A stretch of 64,000 bases of DNA from Candidatus Eiseniibacteriota bacterium (GCA_963762255.1 CAVXKA010000001.1:1536001-1600000); one strand, 5' to 3'; positions 8,418 through 18,149 are shown, numbered from the stretch's first letter. The notes: generated by a model not told the origin, from the sequence alone. A program made the numbers and translations.

Positions 8418-8519
8418 ACCTGACGGGCCGTTGCAGCCGCCGCCCGCTCCCGGGGAGTAGGATAGGGCTTTGAAAGGTGCCGGTCGTCGCGGGCGCGGCT
8501 GACCGGCAGCACGTTGGAC
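8418..8519 (+). repeat. attC 9 (resident family)
   Basis: ACCTGAC...GTTGGAC. Confidence 0.9.
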
Positions 8520-8556
8520 CGTTGATGATGGTGGGGATAGGGCTTGGGGGACGCAA

Positions 8557-8997
8557 ATGCGCAACGTCCTTGCGGTAGTCATGGTTTTGGCGATGGGGGT
8601 GGTGAGCTGCGATGAGGACGTGAGCCCTCGGGGGCAGGACGAGATGAGTCTGGCGTTTGTGGTCGAAGAGACTCTCACACTGCCGGACTCCGCAGCTTAT
8701 GTCCAGGTCATAGGGTCCGGTCGCATCGATCTGGTTGGTTTCTACACCGGTTGCAGCTACACAATGCAAGGCAGGCTCCTCGGGCCGGAGGTCCCGAGCA
8801 TCGTGGTGGATGTAGAGATCAACCGTTGCCCGGTAATCTGCATCCGGAACGTCCACAGCCGGTACCGGGGGACGATCACTGGGGTTCCGCCTGGTGAGCA
8901 TCGGGTCCTTCTGGAGCATGTGGTCCGAGACTGTCATTCTGGGGAGTTGACCCATGTGGCGACAGTTCTCGACACCGTGGTGACGGTTCCTTCATAG
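8557..8997 (+). CDS. Cassette 10: lipoprotein
   Basis: Lipobox VVSC; several Cys; GVPPGEHRV Ig-like motif. Confidence 0.72.
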   Translation: MRNVLAVVMVLAMGVVSCDEDVSPRGQDEMSLAFVVEETLTLPDSAAYVQVIGSGRIDLVGFYTGCSYTMQGRLLGPEVPSIVVDVEINRCPVICIRNVHSRYRGTITGVPPGEHRVLLEHVVRDCHSGELTHVATVLDTVVTVPS

Positions 8998-9005
8998 CGG
9001 GGCCG

Positions 9006-9108
9006 GTCTAACAGGCCGCTGCAGCCGCCGTCCGCTCCTGGGGAGTAGAATGCAGCATTGAAAGGTGGCCGGTCGTCGCGGGCGCGGCTGACCGGCAACA
9101 CGTTAGCC
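9006..9108 (+). repeat. attC 10 (resident family, TAGAAT loop)
   Basis: GTCTAAC...GTTAGCC. Confidence 0.92.
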
Positions 9109-9148
9109 AGAACACCGAGAGCATCGTCTAACCGGGAGGAGCGCCCAG

Positions 9149-9385
9149 ATGATCGATCTCTACGACAATGAAACGAACAGACTCCTCGGCTCGATTACTG
9201 AGTCTGAGCTGCAACTTCTCGTGGATGCGCTCGAGGAGGAGTCCAGCAAGGACCAAGACTACTACATCAACCAGGATACCATCGGCATGATCGCCGACGG
9301 CCGCGCGTCCGATCATCTTCTTCAGCTACTACGTTCGGCGCTAGGCACCGCAGACGGTGTCGAGATCAGTTGGAAACGCCGCTAG
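9149..9385 (+). CDS. Cassette 11a: small acidic hypothetical protein
   Basis: GGGAGGAG RBS; LVDALEEESSKDQDYYIN. Confidence 0.7.
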   Translation: MIDLYDNETNRLLGSITESELQLLVDALEEESSKDQDYYINQDTIGMIADGRASDHLLQLLRSALGTADGVEISWKRR

Positions 9386-9517
9386 CCGGATCTCCCAGCA
9401 CTGGCTCGGAGACGATGGAGAGACCCAGGACCTCTGTTCCCACGGCAGCCTGGCGCTGTCCATCGGCGGTGTGCGACTGGCCGACGGGAGCGAGGATTAC
9501 GGCATCAGTGAATCACC

Positions 9518-9826
9518 ATGCTGATGATGGGCTGCCCAATAGGGATCGATTGGTCGGTGCGCCATGAGAGTGGCTCGGTGCGCCTCGACGGAATCGTCGT
9601 TTACCTCTCCACCAACGAAGACCGTGATGCCAGCCGTTCTGACGCAGTCGCGTTGCTGCCTCTGGCCGAGTATCGGTCTCAGGTGCTCGCCTTCGCAGAG
9701 AGCGCGCGCGACTTCTTTCTCCAGGCACCGCGGAAGTCGTTTTGCGATGCCTTCGACCGTGGAGAATACGAGCAGTTCTGGCGCGAGTTCGACTGCATCC
9801 TCGAACGCCAGCGCTTGATCGGCTAA
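9518..9826 (+). pseudogene. Cassette 11b: probable 5'-truncated gene
   Basis: Protein-like C-terminus whose stop lies in GGCTAAC; no RBS at the available start. Confidence 0.45.
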
Positions 9827-9910
9827 CAGACGTTTAGAGCTGACCGGCTCCGGAGGTATGATGAGGCACGTTGCGTCGCTAGCCGGCAGCTCAAGCGCCG
9901 GACGTTAGGC
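9821..9910 (+). repeat. attC 11 (non-resident)
   Basis: GGCTAAC...GAGCTGACCGGCT...AGCCGGCAGCTC...GTTAGGC. Confidence 0.85.
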
Positions 9911-9981
9911 GGCCAAAACGTACAGAAAGGAGACCACGATCAGAAGACGAGCAGGCGGCACCTGAGACGAAAGGTGTTACG

Positions 9982-10284
9982 GTGAAGCTATTGGCAGCGC
10001 TTGACCTTGGCCTTGAAATCGAGGGCATGGCAGGTCGCCAACTTCGAATGCGAATCGTGACCTTCGAACCTGGTGGGGTCTTCGGCCCGATTCACGACCA
10101 TAAAGACAGGCCGGGCATGGTCTACATACTGCAAGGAACGATCACTGATCATCGAAATGGAGTGGCTAAGGAGTATGGGCCGGGAGTGGGCTGGCCTGAG
10201 GATAAGAACACCACGCACTGGCTTGAGAATAGAGGAACGACGCCGGCGGTGGAGATCTCAGTCGATATAGTCAGGCAACCGTGA
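9982..10284 (+). CDS. Cassette 12: cupin domain protein
   Basis: HDHKDRPGMVYILQG...THWLEN; original start near 9940 looks damaged. Confidence 0.8.
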   Translation: MKLLAALDLGLEIEGMAGRQLRMRIVTFEPGGVFGPIHDHKDRPGMVYILQGTITDHRNGVAKEYGPGVGWPEDKNTTHWLENRGTTPAVEISVDIVRQP

Positions 10285-10314
10285 GCTCAGGCCCGGCACT
10301 TGACTCTGGTCACC

Positions 10315-10393
10315 GCCTAACAACGCGCTGCACCGGACTCGTCGTCAGTCACTGCGCTCCTTCCTCCTCGCCGCTGAGCTTGAATCGCTCGGC
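10315..10393 (+). repeat. attC 12 (non-resident, degenerate core)
   Basis: GCCTAACAACGCGCTGCACCGG...CCGCTGAGC...GCTCGGC. Confidence 0.7.
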
Positions 10394-10555
10394 GGTACGA
10401 TCGCAGCACCAAGAAGGGTCAGCGCCCATACTGGCTGCTTGCGACTCGTCGCTGACTGTCGATGACGGCGCGAGAGCCCATCCAAGCCGACACGAGCAAA
10501 GCCTGATCTCTAAGCTAAGGGTAGGATCTTACGGGGAGGTACCAGGGAGGCCCAC

Positions 10556-11356
10556 GTGAACGACGACCAAACAGGGCGCAAGGCCCGGACCAAAGCGCAG
10601 TTCAACGCAATCGTCGCCGAGTACGACTTCGGACCCGGTTGCTTTGCGCATTTCGGCCGGCGTCTTGCGGCTGTGGCAGGCATCGAACTGGGACAGCGCG
10701 TGCTGGATATCGCGAGCGGCCGCGGCGCCGTCCTGTTTCCTGCAGCCGAACTGGTTGGGCCGACAGGCTACATAGTCGGAATCGACCTTGCGGAGGAAAT
10801 GGCACGAGCCGTAAACGAGGAAGCGGTTCGAAGGGGCATGAAGGCCCAAGTTCGAGTCATGGACGCCGAGCTTCTCGAATTTCCCGACGAAGCGTTCGAC
10901 CGTGTGCTGTGCGGATTCGGCATTATGTTCTTTCCCGATCAGGATCGCGCAATGGCAGAATTCCGGCGCGTCTTGAAACCGGGTGGCCGGCTAGCCCTGT
11001 CAACCTGGCGTATTGATCAGGCCGGTGAGTTCAAAGAGATCTTCGTCGAATTGGGTATGAAGGCACCCGAACCGCCGGGCTGGATCAGCGAACCCGATGT
11101 ACTCTTGCAGCTCCTGACGCGTGCCGGTTTCACCAACGTGGACGTACGAGCAGACTCGCAGCTATTTCGCTACGCAGATGTCGAGGAGTACTGGCGTCAG
11201 GCTCGCGGCACCGGATTCAGGCGCGCGCTTGATGCGTTGGACGCTCTCCAGGTCGAGCGGGTACGAACAGCGCTCGCCGAGAAGGCACGTCGGCATCAGC
11301 GCGGGGACGGGATCTACTTCCCAGCAACGGCACTCTTGGCAGTGGCAACCCGTTAG
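10556..11356 (+). CDS. Cassette 13: class I SAM-dependent methyltransferase
   Basis: VLDIASGRG; FDRVLCGFG; RVLKPGG. Confidence 0.92.
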   Translation: MNDDQTGRKARTKAQFNAIVAEYDFGPGCFAHFGRRLAAVAGIELGQRVLDIASGRGAVLFPAAELVGPTGYIVGIDLAEEMARAVNEEAVRRGMKAQVRVMDAELLEFPDEAFDRVLCGFGIMFFPDQDRAMAEFRRVLKPGGRLALSTWRIDQAGEFKEIFVELGMKAPEPPGWISEPDVLLQLLTRAGFTNVDVRADSQLFRYADVEEYWRQARGTGFRRALDALDALQVERVRTALAEKARRHQRGDGIYFPATALLAVATR

Positions 11357-11635
11357 CTCGGAAGCCTCGGGCAGCGGAGCCGAAAACGCTTCGGCGGGCC
11401 ATATCATCGGCACGGCACCGGCATGCCGCGGAAGCTGCTCGAAGCAAGCCCGCCTCCAGATCGAGAATTCGACGGGAATGTCCGGAGGTGGCCGAAATCG
11501 GACGCTCATGGCAGTGTACTTCTGGGCGCCTCGCTCCAGTCAGCGTACTGCCAGCGTCGTGGGATCACGGCGCAGTCCGTTGCAGCCGTGGTCAAAGCCA
11601 ATCTTGCAGTCCAGGCGAGCAGAGATGAGGCCAGT

Positions 11636-11736
11636 GCCCAACGGGACGCTGCAGCCGCCGCCCGCTCCTGGGGTAGGATAGGGCTTTGAAGGTGAGTCGG
11701 CAGTCGCGGGCGCGGCTGACCGGCAACCCGTTAGAA
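11636..11736 (+). repeat. attC 13 (resident family)
   Basis: GCCCAAC...GTTAGAA. Confidence 0.88.
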
Positions 11737-11767
11737 GGACGAATGGAATGTTGCAGGAGGTTCCCAC

Positions 11768-12874
11768 ATGACCCAGGCGCGACTCGAAAGGCTGTGTGCT
11801 TCTCTGCGGGCCTCAGACCTGGATGCCGTGATCCTGAATCCCAGCCCCACACTGACCTACCTGACTGGGCTTCACTTTCACTTGATGGAAAGGCCGGTTG
11901 TCTTGTTTGTTGCTCCCGGACAGGACCCGGTGTTGGTGCTGCCCGAACTGGAACTGCCCAAGCTCGATCACCTGACCTACAAGCTGCAGGCCGTGGCCTT
12001 CGGCGAGACACCCTCGGAATGGGGGAATGCCTTCCGCAAGGCGGCGCAGATGCTGGGGCTGAATGGAAAGCGCATAGGCGTGGAGCCGCGCCAGTTGCGC
12101 CTGCTGGAGTTCGGCCATGTCAAGGCTGGTGCGCCCGAGGCAGAGCTCCCGGATGCAAGCCTCGTCCTTTCCGCACTGAGATTGAAGAAGGATCAAGCCG
12201 AGGTCGAGTTGATGCGCCGTGCAGTGCACATCGCGCAGAACGCGCTCGAGGCCGCCATCCCACTGATCAAAATCGGCATGACCGAGCGCGAACTGGCTTC
12301 CGAACTGGTCGTGCAATTGCTGAAGAACGGCTCCGCCCCGGAGTTTCCCTTTGCGCCCATCGTATCCTCCGGGCCAAACTCCGCCACCGCGCACGCTTCT
12401 CCCACAGACCGCAAACTGCAGGCGGGCGACATGCTGGTGGTGGACTGGGGCGCGGCGTATGACGACTACATTTCGGACCTGACTCGCACCTTTGCCGTCG
12501 GGGAAGTGGATGCTGAGTTTCAGAAGATCCACAGGATCGTACAGGAGGCCAACGCGGCGGGACGCGCCGCCGGTCGGCCGGGCATTCCCTGTGCCGAGGT
12601 GGACAAGGCCGCGCGCAGCGTGATCGAGCAATCCGGATATGGCAAATACTTCACGCACCGCACTGGCCATGGCATCGGCATGGAGGGCCATGAGGAGCCA
12701 TTCATGCGCGGGGACAACCTGCAGCTGCTTGAGCCGGGCATGGCCTACACCGTGGAGCCGGGCATCTACCTCCCGGGCCGCAACGGTGTACGCATAGAAG
12801 ATAATGTGGTGGTCACCGAAAGTGGCACCGACTGCCTGAGCGACATGCCGCGCGAGATCCGCGTGGTTGGATGA
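11768..12874 (+). CDS. Cassette 14: Xaa-Pro peptidase (M24B)
   Basis: DWGA...SDLTRT, HRTGHGIG, TVEPGIY, GVRIED metal-ligand motifs. Confidence 0.95.
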   Translation: MTQARLERLCASLRASDLDAVILNPSPTLTYLTGLHFHLMERPVVLFVAPGQDPVLVLPELELPKLDHLTYKLQAVAFGETPSEWGNAFRKAAQMLGLNGKRIGVEPRQLRLLEFGHVKAGAPEAELPDASLVLSALRLKKDQAEVELMRRAVHIAQNALEAAIPLIKIGMTERELASELVVQLLKNGSAPEFPFAPIVSSGPNSATAHASPTDRKLQAGDMLVVDWGAAYDDYISDLTRTFAVGEVDAEFQKIHRIVQEANAAGRAAGRPGIPCAEVDKAARSVIEQSGYGKYFTHRTGHGIGMEGHEEPFMRGDNLQLLEPGMAYTVEPGIYLPGRNGVRIEDNVVVTESGTDCLSDMPREIRVVG

Positions 12875-13024
12875 GGACCTTGCGAACTCCAATGTCTGCC
12901 GCGCAGATGTTGGAGTGGGACTGACCCGTGATGGTATAGGCTTCCGCCCGGGTGATGGCGGATTCCGCTAGCCGGCGAGGGATGCCGAGGGAATCAGGAG
13001 AATGCAGGCTGAGCAATACGGGTC

Positions 13025-13124
13025 TTCTAACTAGCCGTTGCAGCGGCGGGTCGGGCCTGTCACGGGCCGTGCGGGGCACAACCCGCGCCAAGCCCGCTCG
13101 CCGCTGACCGGCAGCACGTTAGCT
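13025..13124 (+). repeat. attC 14 (non-resident interior)
   Basis: TTCTAAC...TTGCAGCGGCGG...CCGCTGACCGG...GTTAGCT. Confidence 0.87.
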
Positions 13125-13143
13125 GCACCAGAGGGGGAGCCGG

Positions 13144-13584
13144 ATGGGCAGAGTAGATGACGCACTGCGTCAGTTCGGGGAGGGTCGGGCCTGCTCGCAA
13201 GCGGTGCTCGGGGCCTTTGCGCCGTCGCTGGGGCTTGATCCCGGCCAGGCCGTCTGTCTCTCTGCCGGGTTCGCCGCCGGCATGCGAATTGGCGAGGTGT
13301 GCGGTGCAGCCACCGGCGCGATTATCGCCCTCGGCCTCGCCCGCTGCGACGAGTCGTGTGCAACGCGCGAGGGTCGGGCCGCGGTCGCATCGGCGGTCGA
13401 CGAGTTCAGCGAACGCTTCCGGCAGCGTGTCGGCGCGATCGACTGCCCCGACATCATCGGTTGCGACATCCGCACGCCTGAGGGTCGGGCATCCGCCCAG
13501 TCGGCAGGGCTCTTCGCCTCCCGGTGTACGCCCGCTGTCCGGGCTGCGGCGGAGATCCTGGACGACATGCTCACGGGCAGCTAG
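13144..13584 (+). CDS. Cassette 15: C_GCAxxG_C_C family redox protein
   Basis: ACSQAV, VCGAATGA, DCPDI, RC pattern. Confidence 0.9.
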   Translation: MGRVDDALRQFGEGRACSQAVLGAFAPSLGLDPGQAVCLSAGFAAGMRIGEVCGAATGAIIALGLARCDESCATREGRAAVASAVDEFSERFRQRVGAIDCPDIIGCDIRTPEGRASAQSAGLFASRCTPAVRAAAEILDDMLTGS

Positions 13585-13677
13585 CGGGCCGCTGCAGCAG
13601 CCCGCTCCCGGGGAGTAGGATAGGGCTTTGAAAGGTGCCGGTCGTCACGGGCGCGGCTGACCGGCAGCACGTTAGGG
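13579..13677 (+). repeat. attC 15 (resident family)
   Basis: AGCTAGC...GTTAGGG. Confidence 0.88.
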
Positions 13678-13694
13678 CTACAAGGAGTCTGCTT

Positions 13695-14453
13695 GTGCAA
13701 GCGCACTTCTCACGACACCTGAAGATCGGGGTGCTGTGTACCGGGATCCTGTGCACATCATGTTTGGATCTTGGACGCTCCACTCGTCCAACACCCACAC
13801 CCCTTCCCGCCCCCTCTTCCGCTGCGCAGGCCTTCATCGATTCCGCCGGTTTGCCGCTCTACCACGCTTCTTACCAGCTATTCATCCAGGGCAGCGTCGA
13901 AGTGTTCGGCGCCTCGTACGGGCCGGGCATGGACTGTCCCTCAGGGTGCATCAGCAGTTCGGTCCTCGGGTTGCGCGTGGCCGCGAAAACAGGCTGGCTC
14001 CTGGTACGGGACTACAACGCAGGCTTCGCGCCGGACAGTGCACAGTACTTCGATGTGACTGGGGCAGACAGTGTCCTCGGCGAGGAACCGCTGTGGATCG
14101 GCTTGAAGGCAGTTGATAAGGCCGACATCTGGTTTTGGCAATCCTATTTGCCCCTGCTTGCCCGGGACTCCGATGTGGCCAGGGATGCGCTGCTTCGCAT
14201 TCCTCAATGGCTCTATCCCCGCGTGCCATATCCGGCCCTTGGCGTCCCGGCGGCAGAAGCTCTTCTGGGGAACTATGTGGTCCAAACAGATCGCGAGATT
14301 CTCACCTTGCTAGTTCAATTGCCTGGCACCAAAGGCGATCCGTATTCGGCTATTCGGGAACGTGCGCAAGCGTATCTCGATGCGCTCGCCGGCAAGGGTC
14401 TGGGTGAGAGCCCTAACGGGCCGCTGCAGCTGCCGCCCGCTCTTGGGGAGTAA
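13695..14453 (+). CDS. Cassette 16: putative lipoprotein; ORF ends inside the attC
   Basis: AAGGAG then GTG; CTSC lipobox-like; GMDCPSGC. Confidence 0.65.
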   Translation: MQAHFSRHLKIGVLCTGILCTSCLDLGRSTRPTPTPLPAPSSAAQAFIDSAGLPLYHASYQLFIQGSVEVFGASYGPGMDCPSGCISSSVLGLRVAAKTGWLLVRDYNAGFAPDSAQYFDVTGADSVLGEEPLWIGLKAVDKADIWFWQSYLPLLARDSDVARDALLRIPQWLYPRVPYPALGVPAAEALLGNYVVQTDREILTLLVQLPGTKGDPYSAIRERAQAYLDALAGKGLGESPNGPLQLPPALGE

Positions 14454-14512
14454 GATGCGGCCTTGAAGGGTGCCGGATGTCGCGGGCGCGGCTGACCGGC
14501 AGCACGTTAGGC
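14411..14512 (+). repeat. attC 16 (resident family, TAAGAT loop)
   Basis: CCCTAAC...GTTAGGC. Confidence 0.92.
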
Positions 14513-14566
14513 GCATAGGATGCGAATCAGACAGGCAGCCACTGATGACCTGCGTCGGAGAGAACG

Positions 14567-15112
14567 ATGCTGAACGGTAAGAGGGTGACTCTGCGAAGGG
14601 TCACGGATGACGACTGGAAGCAGATAGAGATGTGGGCGCAAGACAGGGGCGCTCTCTTCGGGCCGCACCAGCGATTCCAGGTGGAGTTGCTATCTGAGCT
14701 CAAAGAAGCCTACCGGAAGACAGGGCTTCTCAGCCGGGACTCAGCCGTTCTGATCATCGAGGTGGTAGACGGCAAGCGCCCGATTGGGATTGTGCGGTAC
14801 CGCCCCTTGCCGTTCCCGGACACGGATCTGCCAGTTCCCGAGGTGGGTTTCGCAGTGGCCGACCCGCGGGCTCGCGGGAAGGGCTACGCGAAGGAGGCCC
14901 TCGGGATCTTGGTGCGGTACTTATACGAGAGTCAACCGGGCGAGCGCATCATGGCCGTGACAGACTGTGAGAACGTGGCCTCGCAGCGGATCCTGGAGAG
15001 CGTTGGCTTCCGGCGCGAGGGGGTGCTTCGTCGGGCGATGTTTCGAGGAGATCGCTGGAGCGATGCTTTCGTATACGGCTTGCTCCGGGAGGATCTCAAG
15101 GGAGAGTCCTGA
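14567..15112 (+). CDS. Cassette 17: RimJ/RimL-type GNAT acetyltransferase
   Basis: RGKGYAKEA; NVASQRILESVGFRREG. Confidence 0.92.
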   Translation: MLNGKRVTLRRVTDDDWKQIEMWAQDRGALFGPHQRFQVELLSELKEAYRKTGLLSRDSAVLIIEVVDGKRPIGIVRYRPLPFPDTDLPVPEVGFAVADPRARGKGYAKEALGILVRYLYESQPGERIMAVTDCENVASQRILESVGFRREGVLRRAMFRGDRWSDAFVYGLLREDLKGES

Positions 15113-15127
15113 GATGGTCCGGAGGGC

Positions 15128-15214
15128 ACCTAACAAGTGCATGAACCTGACGCGCGCGGCCGGCGCGATAGACTGCAGGCGCAGCGCGCGCAGGTTATGC
15201 GCTGGACGTTAGGC
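15128..15214 (+). repeat. attC 17 (non-resident)
   Basis: ACCTAACAAGTGCATGAACCTGACGCGCGC...GCGCGCAGGTTATGC...GTTAGGC. Confidence 0.88.
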
Positions 15215-15230
15215 GGACGGAGCATTCTAA

Positions 15231-15839
15231 ATGAAGTGGATCGGAGCTCTCTCTTGTCTCGTAGGATTGCTTGCCATCTCCTGTGGTGGAGAGACACCGC
15301 GCGTGGTGGAAGTCGCCGTCCTCCACACCACGCTCGGCACAATAGAGGTAGTGTTCTTCCCCGATGTAGCGCCCCTGGCCGTCGAGAACTTCAAGACCCT
15401 CGCCGACCGTGGCTACTATGATGGCACGACGTTCCACCGGACCATCGACCAGTTCATGATACAAGGGGGTGACCCAACGGCTACTGGGCGCGGGGGGGAG
15501 AGCATGTGGGGCGATCCCTTCGCGGATGAGTTCTCTGACTCCCTTCGGTTTGACCAACCAGGGCGCTTGGCGATGGCAAATAGAGGTCCGACCACGAACG
15601 GGAGTCAGTTCTTCATCACGGTGGTTCCGACCCCACACCTGAACGACAAGCACACGATCTTCGGCCAAGTGGTGAACGGGATGCCTGTTGTGCAGGCAAT
15701 CGCGCGGGCCGAGAAAGACGATCAGGGCCGGCCAGTCAGTCCGGTCACGATCACCCAGGTCCGGGTGGAGCGTGTGGGTTGGATAGGAGTTCCCCCTAAC
15801 GGGCCGCTGCCGCCGCCGCCCGCTCTTGGGGAGTATTGA
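15231..15839 (+). CDS. Cassette 18: cyclophilin-type peptidyl-prolyl isomerase, lipoprotein
   Basis: AISC lipobox; FHRTIDQFMIQGGDP, LAMANRGP, NGSQFFIT, HTIFGQV. Confidence 0.95.
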   Translation: MKWIGALSCLVGLLAISCGGETPRVVEVAVLHTTLGTIEVVFFPDVAPLAVENFKTLADRGYYDGTTFHRTIDQFMIQGGDPTATGRGGESMWGDPFADEFSDSLRFDQPGRLAMANRGPTTNGSQFFITVVPTPHLNDKHTIFGQVVNGMPVVQAIARAEKDDQGRPVSPVTITQVRVERVGWIGVPPNGPLPPPPALGEY

Positions 15840-15885
15840 AGGGTGCCGGATGTCGCGGGCGCGGCTGACCGGCAGCACGTTAGAC
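15794..15885 (+). repeat. attC 18 (resident family, loop deletion)
   Basis: CCCTAAC...GTTAGAC; about 10 nt missing from the loop. Confidence 0.9.
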
Positions 15886-15913
15886 ACACGGTTGGGGCTT
15901 GAGGGCAGAACAC

Positions 15914-16540
15914 ATGCGATTTGCGCTCGTTGCAGTAGTGACCTTGCTGGGGCTCCCGGCGGCCTGTGGGGCGAGTGAGCTCTCCATGCGCGGCATGGTC
16001 GGACCCGCGCTCACCCTAGAATCCGAGAAGGGATGGGATGCTCCAGGGAAGGGGCCAGTTGTCGCAGGGGGACTCCTCTGGACCCCAGGGGCGGAGGGGG
16101 CCCTTCGACTGGTGATCGCGGCGCAGTACTGGCGGGTCGCGGGTGAGCGCGACTGCGAACTTGAGTGTGGGGAGTTTCAGATTAGGACCTCTGCATATCC
16201 GGTTGGCGTCGGGGTCCGCGCCCACGTTGGTGATCGATCCCGCAGGAGTGGTTCCCTCTACCTGGAGGTCGTGCCAGCGGTTGTGTATGTGCAGCAGTCC
16301 ATCGAGCAGACGGGCAACATGTGGGGAGAGAACTACTCGGGCAGGGAGACGCAGTGGGCGGCGGGGATCCTCGCGTCAGTGCTCGCACCCGTTGCTCTCA
16401 CGGAGAGGCTGAGCCTGGAGGTCGGCGTGGGCTATCTGTGGACTGAGGATCTTGCTAAGCCGACTGGGAGCGGGTTCTTCCAAGGGGACCTAAGTGGGAT
16501 TCATGAAGTATCGGCGACGCTCGGTGTGGCGCTCAGGTGA
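15914..16540 (+). CDS. Cassette 19: outer-membrane beta-barrel-like protein
   Basis: Signal peptide; amphipathic strands (YPVGVGVR, LSLEVGVGY). Confidence 0.7.
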   Translation: MRFALVAVVTLLGLPAACGASELSMRGMVGPALTLESEKGWDAPGKGPVVAGGLLWTPGAEGALRLVIAAQYWRVAGERDCELECGEFQIRTSAYPVGVGVRAHVGDRSRRSGSLYLEVVPAVVYVQQSIEQTGNMWGENYSGRETQWAAGILASVLAPVALTERLSLEVGVGYLWTEDLAKPTGSGFFQGDLSGIHEVSATLGVALR

Positions 16541-16544
16541 GGGT

Positions 16545-16645
16545 GTCTAACGGGCCGCTACAGCCGCCGCCCGCTCCTAGGGATAGGATAGGGCTTTGAA
16601 GGGTGCCGTATGTCGCGGGCGCGGCTGACCGGCAGCACGTTGGGC
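16545..16645 (+). repeat. attC 19 (resident family)
   Basis: GTCTAAC...GTTGGGC. Confidence 0.92.
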
Positions 16646-16665
16646 ATTTAAGGATCGGTGATCTG

Positions 16666-17502
16666 GTGTTCATAGCAGCGCTTCTGGTTCTTCTGCTGGC
16701 ATCCCCGGCGACCGCCACTGTGCAAGGCGATACTCATATCGGTCCCTACCTGGTTCAGGTGACCGCGGACTCGATAGACGCTCACGACGTCTTAGTCGTC
16801 CGGGCCGGGGGCAGAAGCCTCTTCCGTATAGATAACTTCCTCCGGTTGCGCCTGTCGGGACCGGTTCAGGACCCCAGAGTGTCTATTTCCCCCGGGACCG
16901 ACATCTCGGGTGACGGCATTCCGGATCTCGTCGTTTTCGGCTGGAGCGGTGGAGCTCACTGTTGCTTCGTGGCATGGGTACTCTCCCTTGGGGAGGAGTT
17001 TCGTGTTCTTGCGGAAGTGACGGGCGGAGACGTCGAACCGATCTTTCGCCAGATGGACGACGACACAGCATTGGAGGTACAGGTGGTGGACGGAGCGTTC
17101 GCCTACTGGCCCAGGTCGTTTGGTGGATCCCCGTCAGTTCGCGTGGCGCTGGACTGGGCGGGGGATCGACTGCATCCGTCGGTGGAGCTCACCGCGACGT
17201 TGCAGCCTACGGCAGCAGAAGTCATCTCTGACGCCGACCGAATCAGGACCGACCCGGGGTGGCAGACACAGATGGAACCGTACGACGCGGTTTTCAGCCG
17301 GGCTCTCGAGTTGCTCTACTCAGGGCATGAGGATCTTGCGGCCTCATTCATCGACTCTGCCTGGGGCGGGACCCGAAGTGGAGAAGTCCAACTTGTGATG
17401 GAGTTCGGTCAACGGCTTGAACGGAGCATCTACCACGGTAGGCTGGAGAACGCGCGGCGTGAGATGCATAAGTTGCATTCCGACCGGCCCAATGGAAGGT
17501 GA
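16666..17502 (+). CDS. Cassette 20: secreted protein with DxxGDG and SGGAHCC motifs
   Basis: Signal peptide; DISGDGIPDL; WSGGAHCC; start codon uncertain. Confidence 0.72.
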   Translation: MFIAALLVLLLASPATATVQGDTHIGPYLVQVTADSIDAHDVLVVRAGGRSLFRIDNFLRLRLSGPVQDPRVSISPGTDISGDGIPDLVVFGWSGGAHCCFVAWVLSLGEEFRVLAEVTGGDVEPIFRQMDDDTALEVQVVDGAFAYWPRSFGGSPSVRVALDWAGDRLHPSVELTATLQPTAAEVISDADRIRTDPGWQTQMEPYDAVFSRALELLYSGHEDLAASFIDSAWGGTRSGEVQLVMEFGQRLERSIYHGRLENARREMHKLHSDRPNGR

Positions 17503-17503
17503 T

Positions 17504-17563
17504 GCCTAACAGTGGCACGCAGCGGGCGCCGCTACGCACCGCCGCTGATGCCATGCGGTAGGC
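17504..17563 (+). repeat. attC 20 (short, 60 bp, non-resident)
   Basis: GCCTAAC...GGCACGCAGCGG...CCGCTGATGCC...GGTAGGC. Confidence 0.8.
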
Positions 17564-17613
17564 TGTGAAGGCTGGTTATTGAGTGAGGGTGTGGCGTCGG
17601 AGGGACAAGATTC

Positions 17614-18003
17614 ATGCGCGCACTACCTGAGCGGTTGTTCATCGTCGCTTTCATGCCTCTTGTCTTTGGATGCGGTTCGGGTGCTGACCGTCAGGTAGTA
17701 ACCGTTGACCCGACGTATGGCTACACGGAGGAGAACCCAATCAAGGTAGGGGGGTTCGAAGAGGATCAGGGTCCGGACAACGAACAGCGCTTCCTTGAAT
17801 CACTCCGTGGACCGAAGGGCCAACGAGTTCGTTTCGAACGAAATGGTCACTGCTGCCCCTTTGCGACGCCTGCGAGTGAGCTGGGGCTTGGCTTCCTGGA
17901 CGTTTACGAAGTCACGTATGACGGCCTGGGTGTCCCCGTGAAGCTGTACATCAACATGTACGATAAGGACAAACTGCAGGCCCCCAAGGGCTTCTCGTAT
18001 TGA
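17614..18003 (+). CDS. Cassette 21: lipoprotein
   Basis: Lipobox VFGC; YGYTEENPI, GHCCPF, LYINMYD. Confidence 0.8.
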   Translation: MRALPERLFIVAFMPLVFGCGSGADRQVVTVDPTYGYTEENPIKVGGFEEDQGPDNEQRFLESLRGPKGQRVRFERNGHCCPFATPASELGLGFLDVYEVTYDGLGVPVKLYINMYDKDKLQAPKGFSY

Positions 18004-18026
18004 AGGGGAATTTGAAACCCGCGGCA

Positions 18027-18129
18027 GCCCAACCTGCCGTTTCAGCCGCCGCCCGCTCCTGAGGAGTAGAATGCGGCTTTGAACGGCGGCCGGTGGTCGC
18101 GGGCGCGCCTGACCGGCAGCACGTCAGGC
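18027..18129 (+). repeat. attC 21 (resident family, TAGAAT loop, GTC core)
   Basis: GCCCAAC...GTCAGGC. Confidence 0.87.
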
Positions 18130-18149
18130 GGCCCGAAGGAGTGAACTCT

